A stretch of DNA of 64,000 bases, taken from contig NC_091979.1 of the NCBI RefSeq assembly GCF_044704955.1, forward strand, positions 48,236,001 through 48,300,000, in the 5' to 3' direction. A program made the translations under genes and the position numbers. Under the pieces are notes generated by a model that saw nothing but the letters and a program-made list of their open reading frames with translations, did not search any database and was not told where the DNA came from. This stretch comes from Pristiophorus japonicus. Taxonomy: Eukaryota. Shown piece by piece: positions 13,495 to 25,567 of this stretch; position 1 is the first letter of the stretch, and each line of letters opens with the position of its first letter.

Positions 13495-13862
13495 AATGTT
13501 TGTGACGGAGGAGCAGCGAGAGATTGTAGCGGAGGTGCGGCAAATGAGGGTACGGGGCCCAGAAGAGCCCAGGGCCCAGGGGCAGCACGGGCAGCCCACA
13601 CTGTGATATGTGTGTGCACTAGGTCTGTGCAGCAGAGCAGGTCTCCAATCGTCCTGGTTAACCCTTGCCACTGGATAAAGGTCTAGCTCTGCCAAGCCCG
13701 TGTGGTGGCTGATGTGCAACGACCATCACACGTTAAAAAAAATCCACACACAGGCATCTTCCACCCCTTCAATTGGAATTCAGGACAGGAATATCGGGTC
13801 CTTCATTGAAACATCTGTGAACCCATCCCTTTTGGTTCGAGGGACTGCCTTTGATGATGATG
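13495..13862 (+). mobile_element. SINE-like element with an RTE-type 3' tail
   Basis: A second, highly similar copy lies at 47412-47856 (-). Ends GAGGGACTGCCTTTGATGATGATG, like the RTE tail at 43446. Confidence 0.75.
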
Positions 13863-14296
13863 TCATGTGAAGAAACTCAAAGCACAAAATTTCTGCAAGG
13901 TACTGGACACAACCATGAATTGAGCAAATAGGCAAAGTCTGTGGCAGCGCTATAAATGAGGCTGACTTGGAGGATAGCTGCTGTAATCCCAATATTGAGA
14001 CTGGAAGTGACACAAATCATGGAATTGTAAATCATTTGGCGTAACACTGTTACTGCAGAAAACATGCAAGAGCTATTGGTCTTCATCGAGAGCAAGAGCC
14101 CATAGCAATGGTAATGTTTCATTAAGTCTATCGGGCATAACTAAATTAGTCAGAGGCTGTTCAGCAGATAATAACTTAATTGGATTTTCAGAAAGCATCT
14201 GATAACGTTTCACACCTGTAACTTTTAAAGACACAGGCACTTGACAGCAGTGACAAATTACTCAGGAAGACCAAATTTTGTGCTCACGCCCTCCAG

Positions 14297-14673
14297 GGGT
14301 TTGAACACAATAATCTAGGCTGACACTCCAGTGCAGTGCTGATGGAGTGCTTCACTGTCTGAGGTGCCGTCTTTTGGATGAGATGTTAAACCAAGGCCCT
14401 GACTGCTCTCTCAGGTGAATGTTAAAGATCCCATGACACTCTTTCGAAGCAGAGGGGAGTTATCCCCCAGTGTTCTCGCCAATATTTATCCCTCAATCAA
14501 AATCACTAAAAAAGATTATTTGGTCATTATCACATTGCTGTTTGTGGGAGCTAGCTGTGGCGTTTCCTACATTACAGCAGTGACTACATTTCAAAAAGTA
14601 CTTAATTGGCTGTAAAGTGCTTTGGGACGTCTAGTGGTCGTGAAAGGTGCTACAGAAATGCAAGTCTTTCTTT
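14297..14673 (+). mobile_element. Deu-domain SINE
   Basis: GGATGAGATGTTAAACC...GATCCCATGACACT... core and an L2-like tail. Confidence 0.85.
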
Positions 14674-14849
14674 CATTCAAATACTGACCTGACTACAGAA
14701 AGCTGAAGGTGATAACTGCAGTTCTACATGGGTCTCCTTTGAGCCATCTGCTGCTTACGATATTCATAATGGATAGAGAGCTGGGTGTTTCAACCCCTAT
14801 TACAACATTTGCCGACAACACTAAGCCATGTAGATACAGCACGTAATTA

Positions 14850-15505
14850 GGAAGGCAAATGGAATGTTGGCCTTTATTGCAAGGGGGATGGAGTATAAAA
14901 GTAGGGAAGTCCTGCTCCAACTGTAGAGGTTGTTGGCAAGACCACACCTGGAGTACTGCGTACAGTTTTGGTCTCCTTATTTAAGGAGGGATATACTTGC
15001 ATTGGAGGCAGTTCAGAGAAGGTTCACGAGGTTGATTCCTGAGATGAAGGGTTTGTCATATGAAGAAAGGTTGAGCAAATTGGGCCTATAATCCTTGGAG
15101 GTTAGAAGAATGAGAGGTGATCTTATTGAGACATGTAAGGGACTTGACAGGGTAGATGCAGAGAGGATTTCCCCCCTCATGGGGGAATCTAGAACTAGGG
15201 GGCATAGTTTCAGAATAAGGGATCGCCCATTTAAAACAGAAATGAGGAGAAATTTCTTCTCTCAGCGGATCATGAATCTTTGGAATTCTCTACCCCAGAG
15301 AGCTGTGGAGGCTGGGTCATTGAATGTATTTAAGGTGCAGATAGACAGATTTTTGAATGTTAAGGGAGTCAAAGGGAGTCGAAGGTTATGCGGAGCAGGC
15401 GGGGAAATGAAGTTGAGGCCAGGATCAGATCAGCCATGATCTTATTGAATGGTGGAGCAGGCTCGAGGGGCCAAATGGCCTACTCCTGCTCCTATTTCTT
15501 ATGTG
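14850..15505 (+). mobile_element. CR1 3' fragment
   Basis: RRMRGDLIET, RRNFFSQR and the 3'UTR tail. Confidence 0.9.
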
Positions 15506-16019
15506 GCCAGAAAAATGGACCTAGAATCGAATATACCTACCTCCTCTTACAATTCAGAGAGTTGGCATCTGTGGTGCTCTTTAGCACACCTCTAACCCTT
15601 CGGACACCAACAAGTCAAGGACACAGAAGTACCTTTATTCTCTTCCCGCCTCCTCCACCCCAGATCAGAGAGTTAACTTTCTCTCCCCTCACCCTACCAA
15701 TTCATACCATCTCTCCTTCCCCATCTTCATTTCATGCTGATAAACATCTCCTCTTCACCACTAATGTTACTGCTGCTTTGCTGTCTATCTTGCTCAACAA
15801 GGTTCTGATCCTTAGAGAAAAAGCAATAGCATCATTGTGAAGGAAATAGATTTAGCCATGTGGATGAATCGGAGAGCAGAGCAGAGCCACCTCATGGTAT
15901 TAAGTATACTCGAAGTATTTCTCTCCAAATCATGTAGTCATTGCTCAAGGAGACCATGCGAAGAGGAGAAAATTAAGCAGGAAAAATGGGGTTGTATCCT
16001 CACCAAAACAAAATTATGC

Positions 16020-17320
16020 TAAAGAACACGGACAATATAAACTTTCATTTGGAAATGCATGGGTTAATTAAGGAGAGCCAGTATGTATTTGTTAAAGGCA
16101 AATCGTATCTGACTAACTTGATTGAATGAGGTAAAAGAGAAGGTTGATCAAGGTAGTGCAGTAGATGTTGTATATGTATACTTTCGGAAGGCATTCAACA
16201 AAGTGCCACAAAGGAAGCTTATTAAGAAGATGGAAGCCCATGGAAGTAAGTGGAAAGTGGTGATATGGATACAAAATTGGCTCAGTGACAGGAAGTAAAC
16301 AGTGGTGATGGATGGATGTTTTTCAGACTGGGAGGCGGTTTGCAGTGGTGTTCCCCAAGGGTCAGTTTTGGATCCATTATTCTTTGCAATTTTTATAAAC
16401 GACCTAGACTCGGTTGTAGGGAGCATCATTATAGCGTTTGCAGATGGTACACAACTTGGAAAAGTAGTAGGTCATAACTTCAGGATGATATAGACTGGAT
16501 GGTGAAATGGGCAGAAGCATGGCAGATGGAGTTCAATGCGGACAAGTGTGAAGTGATGCACTTTGGGAGGACTATTATGGAATGATAGTATGCTACAAAT
16601 GGCACAATTTTGAAAAGTATAGATGAGCAGAGAGATCTTGGTGTCCATACACACAAATCCTTAAAGGTAGCAGGGCAAATTGATAAGGTGGTTAAAGAAA
16701 CATATGGGTTACTTGGATTTATAAATAGAGGAATACAATATAAAAAAAGAAGTCATGCTAGAACTTTATAAATCACTGGTTAGGCCTCAGCTTGAGTTTT
16801 GTGGACAATTCTGGGCACCACACTTAAGGAAAGATGTACAGACATTCGAAAGGGTGCAATGAAGGTTTATCAGGATATTATCAGGAATGAGGGGCTTCAG
16901 TTAAGAGGAGAGGTTGTAAAAGTTAGCACTGTTCTCCTTGGAACAGAGAAGGTTAAGGGTGAAATAATAGAGATTTTCAAGATGATGAGAGGTTTTGATA
17001 GAGTAAATAGGGAAAAAATATTCCCTCTGGTGAGTGGGTCAATAACTAGAGGTCACAGATTCAAAATCATTGGAAAAAGATCTAGAAGAGGATGAGGAGA
17101 ATTTGTCAGGATCTGGAATGCTATACCTGAAAAGGTGGTGGAAGCTGGTTCCATCAGTAATTGTAAAAGCGAGTTGGACAGGTACTGGAGGAGAAGGAAC
17201 TTACAGGGTTACGGACAAAAAGCAGAGTTGTGGAACTAAGCACGACGGCTGTTTCAAAGAGTCAGCACAGGCACAACGGGCCGAATGGCCTCCTTCTGTG
17301 CTGCAAGTTTCTATGGTTGT
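16020..17320 (+). mobile_element. Old CR1 RT/3' fragment
   Basis: [12 protein letters not shown], many stops. 3'UTR hairpin GGCCGAATGGCCTC at 17279-17292. Confidence 0.85.
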
Positions 17321-18581
17321 ATGAGAACCAACTGAAGCTGCATACCACATGCCTCCTAATATGGAACAACACTCCACATGTCGACTGCATCGTTTCACTA
17401 ATGCAAAAGGCATGTTGCAATTCCGATCACAATCCTCAGCCACCAAGGCAGCGAGGGACAGGTGACAACCTGACTTTTGGTATCAAAAATATATTTTTAA
17501 CAGCAGTTACTCTGAATTTCTTCATTCCTATTCAGAATAATCAATTGACAGAATATTTTATAGCCCAACACTTACAGCTGCTGTTTAAAAAAATTCTAAT
17601 ATTCCTCGTGCAATGCTGAACTCAAGCTGCATGCGCATAATAACTGCAAATTAGAGCCATGCAAAACTGCTTTACACTGATGCTGCAGTTATTGTGTGAA
17701 TGCACCCTTGACTAGCACAGTTGTAGCATCTGGTGTTTAAAGGGTTAATAACTGCTGCCAATACCAGTGGTTAATGAGTGAAAGGTGCAAATCAATGAAG
17801 CTCTCTATGCTTTCATTGCTTAGCTTTCTTTTGTCCATGAACCTTTGAGAAAGGCGACAGTACAGCGTTAGCAAGGCAATCTATCTGAGCATTAAAGCAT
17901 TTCACAACACTTGCCTATCTTTTACTACAAACAAGATAAGTTATTTTGTTCCTGCTACAGCTAGCAGGGAGCATATCAAAATAAATGTATGCTAAGCCAT
18001 CTGAGCACCAATTGATTTTTGTTTGCACACACTATGTGGGTACCAGCACTGAATACTGCAGGTACAAATGGCATGGGATCAGAACTCACCCTGTCTGTAT
18101 CACTAATTACAGTATCACAACTTAGATAAATAAAAGATCACAGGTCAGGCTTGTGCGTATATATACTTAATCCAGATGATATCTGCAACATACCATTGTC
18201 TCCAGGTACTGCAACCCTCTCTGATTTGGAATCAAGTCATAATAATGGGGCCTCGATAAGTGTGTGTGTATATAAGGAGCTCCACCCTCTCCAAATATTG
18301 TTTATTTACCCACAAAGTTTAATATTTACATCAGGTGATTGTGCTGTTCCCAAGACATACTGGTGAAAAAGAACAGATATATCACGTTGCTGTGGTAAGC
18401 TGTTTATGATGAAAACCGACGTGTGTAAAACATACTTGAATGCACATCTGGGGATTTAGAAATTGTTATATTACACCGTAATTTACCTGGAATATTTAAA
18501 ATTTGTACGCTAAGTTTATACTAGAATAAATTGATGCAAACGGTGTTTCGGGTGTTCCTAGCTTCATTCTGTTTAAAAATT

Positions 18582-18918
18582 GGGGCCCGATTTTCAGGCC
18601 CTTGTGCGATGGGAACAGGGCCGTTGCCCCTTGGAAATCACAAGGCTGAAGTTAGTGTCCTGCTTCCGATTTGCCCACCGCCAATTTTGTGGGAGCCTCC
18701 ACTATGGCATACATAGGACCCCGATGCAATTCGCAGGCCTGACCTGACAGCTGGCCGAGCATTGCAGCCGACCACTTTCCCGTTCTCCCATACTAACGAG
18801 CTGCCGCAAAGCACCCATTTGGCACCCACCAGGTGCATGTAAATGGATCGGGCCCCATGGCTGTAAGAATGGATAGGTGGCGGGCACCTGCTCTGAACCT
18901 GAAGTTAAAATTGCCCCT
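18582..18918. mobile_element. Degenerate Harbinger-type MITE
   Basis: GC-rich island bounded by GGGGCCCGATTTT and AAAATTGCCCCT. Confidence 0.45.
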
Positions 18919-19124
18919 CTTGTGTCTAAAGCGTAGGGCAGCATCAGAAATAGCCCCATCTAGAGTATGCGCTGTAGGAAACCTGTCCTTTGCAGGCTTG
19001 GAGACAGCCAGTACAGAGAGTAACGTTTGCTCAGAAGCAGCAGGTATGAGTAGAACTAGGGATGGAAATGGGAGGGCCGGGATCTGGTACTTAACAGATT
19101 AATAATGCCCTCCAGTGCGTTGAA

Positions 19125-19805
19125 CCAGGATAAATAGTTTTTTGAAACAAAGCAGAAATCAGGCAGATACTCCAGAGGTCAGGCCACATCTGTCATGGGA
19201 ACATGAGTCAATTGACATTTCAGCTCTAAACCCTTCCTGAGAAAAATATTACAGATGAACAGTATTTAAAACAGAACAAGGGAAAGAGAGAAGGGGGATA
19301 AAACACATCGACACACATAAAATGCTATGGTGAGGATCGAGAAATTGTTAAAGAGTAAAAGTGATATACACAGGAGACACAAGGAGGCATAATGAGATCA
19401 AAGGAATAAAAGACATGTTCAAGGCACTGAGAATGTGAGAGAGGTAAAGGGGAATAGTAAGTAGATTGAGAAACTGGCAAAATGGGGCTGGCTCCAGCTT
19501 CCCTGGGGTCTGGTGGAAGAAAAAAGTAGGTTGATACCAAGAGTGCAGACCACCAATCGGCACGGTGTTCCCCCAGTTCTAACATCAATCCACTCGCCTC
19601 CCCCCATCACCAGAAACACAGGCACACTCATGCCACATTGTCGGTGCCTACTGCCAGAGAGGAAATGGGAACTGCAGCTAAGGTCTGAAGTTGTTAAAGT
19701 CAATAAGGTCAGAGAACTGTGAAGGACCTGGTAGGAAGATGTGCTGCTATTCCTCAAACTTGGGTTGAGCTTCATCGCAACAGTGTAGAAGGCCAAAGGC
19801 AAAGC
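19125..19805 (-). mobile_element. Penelope-like element relic
   Basis: Minus strand reads GLLHCCDEAQPKFEE*QHIF, resembling the C-terminal GIY-YIG region of Penelope ORFs. Terminal sequence recurs at ~54690-54820 and ~56735-56830. Confidence 0.55.
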
Positions 19806-19883
19806 CAACCAGTTTTTATTTGTACTGTTAGTCGAAATGCAACTGGAGAGTCAGCTTCTGTGTCCGCACCTGTGAAACTTTAA

Positions 19884-20282
19884 AAAAAATTCATTCTTGG
19901 GATGTGGACATCACTGGCAAGACTGGCATTTATCGCCGAGCCCTAGTTGCCCTTGAGAAGGTGATGGTGGGCCTTCTGCTTGAACTACTGCAGTCCATGT
20001 AGTGGTTTGCTACAGCTGAGTGGCTTGCTAGGCCACTTCACAGCGCAGTTAAGTGTCACCCACGCTAGTGTGGAACTTAAGTCACATAATAGCAAGGACA
20101 AAAGGTTTTCCCCTAAGTCATTAATGAACCAGATGGATTTTTACAACAGTCAGACAGCTTTTTATTTCCAGAGTATTTCCTTTAAACTGAATTAAAAAAT
20201 TATCAAACTTACATTGTGGTATCTGAACTCATGTTTACTGGATAATTAGTCTAGGCCTCGAGATTGCTAGTCCAGTAACATA
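19884..20282 (-). mobile_element. SINE family B (tRNA-like head, LINE-shared tail)
   Basis: Reverse complement of the copy at 33070-33510. Tail shared with the LINE ends at ~39965 and ~55320-55492. Confidence 0.75.
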
Positions 20283-21950
20283 AGGGGGGATGATTAAGAA
20301 GTTGGCAGACAACACTAAAATTGGCTGTGTGGTTGATAATGAAGAGGAAAGTCATGGGCTGCAGGAGGATATTAATCTACTGGTCAGGTGGGCAGAGCAG
20401 TGGCAAATGGAATTTAGTTCGGAGAAGTGTGAAGTAATGCACTGTGTGAAGTAAAGAAAGGGTATACACATTAAACGGTAGGCCACTTAGATGTGTAGAT
20501 GAACAAAGGGGAGCGCTTATTCACAGATACCTGAAGGTAGCAAGCCAGATGGATAAGGTGGTTAAGAAGACATATGGAATGCTTGCCTTTATTGACCGAG
20601 GCATAGAATACAAGAGCAGGGAGGTTATGAATAAATTGTATAATACACTGGCCGCCGTATTATAGGAAAGACATGATTGCACTAGAGAGGATGCAGAGGA
20701 GATTTACGAGGAAGATGCCTGGAATGGAGAATCATAGCTATTAGTAGAGATTAGATAGGCTGGGTTTGGTCTCCTTGGAGCAGAGGAGGCTGAGAGGAGA
20801 CCTCATTGAGGTGTATAACATTTTAAGGGGCCTGGACACTAAAATTGGCTGTATGGCACTGGAATTTAGAAGAATGGGAGGGGATCTCGTAGAAGCATAT
20901 AAAATTCTGACAGCATTGGACAGGTTAGATGCAGGAAGAATGTTACCAATGTTGGGGAAATCCAGAACCAGGCGTCACAGTCGAAGGATATGGGGTAAGC
21001 CATCTAGGACCGAGATGAGGAGAAACTTTTTCACCCAGAGAATTGTGAACCTATGGAATTATCTATCACAAAAAGTTGTTGAGTCCAGTTCATTGGATAT
21101 ATTCAAAAGGGAGTTAGATGTGGCCCTTATGGCTAAAGCGATCAGGGGGTATGGAGAGAAAGCAGGAGTGGTGTACTGAGGTTGCATGATCAGCCATGAT
21201 CATATTGAATGATGGTACAGCCTCAAAGGGCCGAATGGCCTGCTCCTACATCTATTTTCTATGTTTCTATGATATGGTGGATAGCAAGGGCCTATTTCTC
21301 TTGATGGAGGGGTCAATTACGAGGGGGCATAGGTTTAAGGTGGTTGATGGAAGGTTTAAAGGGGATTTGATGGGAAGCTTCTTCACGCGCAGAGAGTTGT
21401 GGGGGTCTGGAACTCAATGCCTGGAAAGGTGGTAGAGACAGAAACCCTCACCACATTTAAAAGGTGCTTGGATGGGCACTTGAAGTGCCGTGACCTGCAA
21501 GGTTACGGATCTAGAGCTGGTAAATGGGATTAGACTGGATAACCTCTTGTTGGCTGGCATAGATACAATGGTAAGTACTTCAGGGAATCTAATATGGCCA
21601 GAGTGATCTCCTGAACAAGTTTTGATCACCTGGATGGGTTGGAGAGGAATTTTCCCAGATTTTTTTCCCCCAATTGACCTGGGTTTTTATCTGTTTTTTT
21701 GCTACTCCCAGGAGATTTCATGGCTCGGGGTGGGGTGGAGTGTGGGGTGTTGCGATACATGGGGTATAACAGTTGTGTGGGGCGGACTGGTTGGGCCGGA
21801 TGCTCTTTACCTGTCCACCATTGTTCATTGTTCATAGGTTTATATGTAACCTTCAGGGCTGCTGACCGAGGGCCGTGTTGATCTTTGTTGGTCAGCACGG
21901 ACACGATGGGCCAAAATGGCCTCCTTCTACGCTGTAAATTTCTATGTTTC
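20283..21950 (+). mobile_element. CR1 with a long 3'UTR, interrupted by a younger CR1 3' fragment (~20853-21270)
   Basis: Host reads LRGLD before the insert and resumes MVDSKGLF after it. Both copies have TTCTATGT tails. Confidence 0.85.
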
Positions 21951-22333
21951 TATAACCACTACACTACAAGTAGGGACTGAAAGGGGGTGAAAGACACTCA
22001 CAGGGCAGTGAGCCAGAAGATTTTTGGGGACTAGGAGGAGCATTCCTACTCCTTCTGGATCCACAAAACGTTCAGGAAAAAAAACAGAATCCGTACATTT
22101 TTCAGCAACCTGCAGCAGTCCCTTTAAGGACCACTGGTTGGGCCACTCAACACCTGGTACCAGTAGGCAGAGCATGTGCAGTGCATGCTCTACCTATTCA
22201 TATCTCATAATTGCACTGGGGTCCTATGTATATCCGAGGACCCTGACTAGCATATTACAAATAGGCTCCTGCCTGAAACAGGTAGACATCTGGGCCGCCC
22301 ATGTGAAAGCCCCAATAGTGTCAATGTAATTGT

Positions 22334-22762
22334 GTCAACCGCGGCTCAGTGGGTAGCACACTCACCTCAGAGGGTTGTGGGTTCAAGTCTCACTCTAGAA
22401 ACTTGAGCACAAAAATCTAGGCTGACACTCCAGTGCAGCGCTGAGGGAGTGTTTGGAGGTGCTGTCTTTCGGATGAGACATTAAACCAAGGACCTGTGTG
22501 CTCTCTCAGGTGGATGTAAAAGATCCCGTGGAACTATTTTGAAGAAAAGCTGGGGAGATATCCACAGTGCCCAGCCCAATATTTATCCCTCAATCAACAT
22601 CACAAAAACAGATTATCTGGTCATTATCACACTGCTGTTTGTGGGAGCTTGCTGTGCACAAATTGGCTGCTGTGTTTCCCACATTACAACAGTGACTGCA
22701 CTTCAAAAATATGTCATTGGCTGTAAAGTATTTTGGGACGTACTGAGGTTGTAAAAGGCTCT
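22334..22762 (+). mobile_element. Deu-domain SINE, near full length
   Basis: tRNA-like A box (GGCTCAGTGGG), B box (GGTTCAAGTC), Deu core, L2-like tail. Confidence 0.9.
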
Positions 22763-23828
22763 ATAGAAATGTTTGTCTTTTTAACAGAAATGGGTGCAGC
22801 CAGATTGGGAGCAGTATGTTTAACCAGCGATTATTGGACCATTAACTCTCCATTCACCGCCTGGCAGAGAGCCAGAAAATCTTCTTTTGTCATTTTTGCT
22901 TGCTAACTGCTCATCTAGTCTTTTGTTAATAAATAGGTCGATATGTTTTGAAAAGATGAATTATATGTGAGAAATGATACAATCAGCACCATTGTGTTAA
23001 TATGCTTCATGTTTGCAGAAAAGCATGATTCAGATCAATATATCCACAAGAATGCTCACTCTGCCATTGTGAGTTTAAAAAAAGAGTCAAACTTTAAATT
23101 CACATTACCATGGAAGTTAAACATTACAAAAGGTCAAGATACTGTGCTATATATTTCACTTGATGCCCTCAATTTTACACAGAGGTCACAATCAAAGCTC
23201 TTTAAACATCACTGGGCAAACATGAAGCATATTAACACAGCTGTGCTAGGCAACAAAGAGACACTAAAGTCACTTGGTTGTAAAACTACAGGTTTACTGG
23301 TAAGCTAAGCTTCGAATAAATTTACCCACTGCTATCTTCTGCACATATCCAGCTGGAAGTAGAGGTCAGCCTGGACACAGAAATATCAGAACTCCCAACC
23401 CTAAAATAATGTCAGTTCAGAAACTAGGCCCCAAGTTTCGTGCCGCGGCGAAAACGGCACACCTCCGAGCTGGGCGCCTGTTTTTCGCGCCGAAAACTGC
23501 GCCTAAAAAAAAATCCGATATTCTCAAGCTCCTTGGAGCTCGATGTCTGCTTGGTGCGGCGCGCTCTTCGCAGCAGGGGGCGGAGCCTAACACTGGCGCC
23601 GATTTTCTAAGCAGCAGGGGGCGGGTACAATTTAAATTAGCCTTCGTGGTGCCGGCAACCCTGCGCGTGCGCGTTGGAGCGTGCGCGCACGCGCAGTCTC
23701 ACACAAACATTGGCACTCGGCCATTTTTAAAAATACTGCAGAAAAAGTGAAGATTTGTTTCTTGGACCCCTGCAAAGGCTTGTAATTTAATTTTTTTTGA
23801 TATTTCTGTGTGTGAGGGAGTGCTTTTA

Positions 23829-23935
23829 ACTCTTTTAGAGTCTACCTGCAAAAACATAAAACATTAAATCGTGCCACCCAACCTGGGTGACACACCAGAC
23901 ATTTACAAGGCCCTTTTTTTTCCTTTTTTTTTTGG
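23829..23935 (-). mobile_element. 107-bp retroposed insert (L1/Tx1-type signature) with a 15-bp TSD
   Basis: GAGGGAGTGCTTTTA duplicated at 23814-23828 and 23936-23950. Target ends in TTTT/A. Confidence 0.7.
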
Positions 23936-24091
23936 GAGGGAGTGCTTTTAGCAGCACTGCTGAATAAATCACCTGCTGAAATCAGTGAGTTCAGCTTTTC
24001 ACTGCTAAACTTGCAGAACCGGTGCTGCATCGGTGCATGCAAATTAAGGACTGTGTGTTTGGAGAAATAAGAGTGCCAATTCAACTTTGCA

Positions 24092-24720
24092 ATGGATCAA
24101 CGTCCACCAAGAACAAAGAATTTCTCGCATGAGGAAGTGGAGATATTAGTCAACGTAATTGAGCAGAGATGGCAGGAGCTAGATACCAGCAACAGAGGTC
24201 ACATAAAAGTGCCACCAAAAGAAATGAAGAAACGCTGGAACCAGGCAGCAGGTTGATTTAAGGGGCCATGATGCATTTTCAGGACTTACCCTCTTCCTCG
24301 CATGCTGCACCACAGTCCCAGCCTGCGCCTCCCTGTGTAATGGTGCCGCTTGCAACACCAAGCATCCCACCGTCCGTGCCCGTGCCTCCCAGTGTAGCGG
24401 TGCCACAAGGCAGACCCAGGCAGAGGAGCAGGAGATTGGAGGCACACTCTCCTGAGATGCAGCGTGCAACAGATGCGGCTCAGGTTGTGGCATTGGGTAT
24501 GGAGACCAATGAGCTTACCCGATCACTCATCGGTGGCGTCAGTGCAGTAGGTGAAGAGTTGACGGTCCTGACAGGAGAAATAGCAGTAATGACACGGGAA
24601 CTTAGGAAGGGAATGTCCGAGGGAGTGCAATCGACGGCACAGGCCGACAGGGAGGGCCTGGTTGAGGTAGGTGCTGTAATAAGGGCACACAGCCCAGCCA
24701 ATCAAATGACACCCCCATGA
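24092..24720 (+). pseudogene. Harbinger Myb/SANT-like gene with internal deletion
   Basis: MDQRPPRTKNFSHEEVEILVNVIEQRWQEL...KKRWNQ (24092-24244) is joined directly to last-exon sequence (SPEMQ...LTRSL) homologous to 5790-6413. Confidence 0.8.
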
Positions 24721-24826
24721 GGAAGTGAACATTCACTGAGATATGGATGAGACATAGTTGCAGCCTTTCTTTGCTGCTTTTGTTCTTGTTCTTGATGTAG
24801 CTGTAGTAGAGTTTTTCAAATTGAAA

Positions 24827-25400
24827 TTGTTTTGTAAGTTTTGTAACTTTACAACTTATAAGGGATCTTATGGTTTTTAAGTGATCTTATAGTGTAAATG
24901 CTCTCACATTTTTTTGTATCTTATTTAATTTTGCACCTAAAAAGTGATCCTGAAGTTTAAGTGTTCTTCAGAGTGTAAGATTTTTCACAATGAAACTGTT
25001 TTGTAAGTTTTGTAACTTTACAACTTATAAGGGATCTTATGATTTTTAAGTGATCTTATAGTGTAAATGCTCTCACATTTTTTTGTATCTTATTTAATTT
25101 TGCACCTAAAAAGTGATCCTGAAGTTTAAGTGTTCTTCAGAGTGTAAGATTTTTCACAATGAAACTGTTTTGTAAGTTTTGTAACTTTACAACATATAAG
25201 TGATCTCAGGGTTTTCAAGTGATCTTATAGTGTAAATGCTATCACCTTCTGTAAATTATTTAATTTTGCAACTAAAAAGTGATCTTGAAGTGTAAGTGAT
25301 CTTAGAGTGTAAAATTTTTCACATAGAAAGTGTTTTGTAACTTTTGTAACTTTACAAGTTTATAAGTGATCTTAAAGTTTTGAAGTGATCTTCAAGAGTC
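24827..25400. repeat. Tandem repeat, ~169-bp unit x ~3.4, AT-rich
   Basis: GTTTTGTAA unit starts at 24829, 24998, 25167 and 25332. Internal AAGTGATCTT subrepeats. Confidence 0.9.
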
Positions 25401-25567
25401 ATATTAAAAAGTATAGTTTGATACAACAAATATTTTATTACAGTGACGTTAACTTTTCAATAAAATATTTTTTCATTAAAACTGTTTCATGTTCCAGTAA
25501 CACAACACAACGTAGGAACAACTGCAAAGAATAAACATGTCCATATGCAAAAGTGGTCGCAGAGCCC

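Noticed and set aside
22010-22890. Possible old MITE surrounding the SINE (AGAAGATTTT / AAAATCTTCT)
   Set aside because: The inverted match is only ~10 bp and no TSD is visible.
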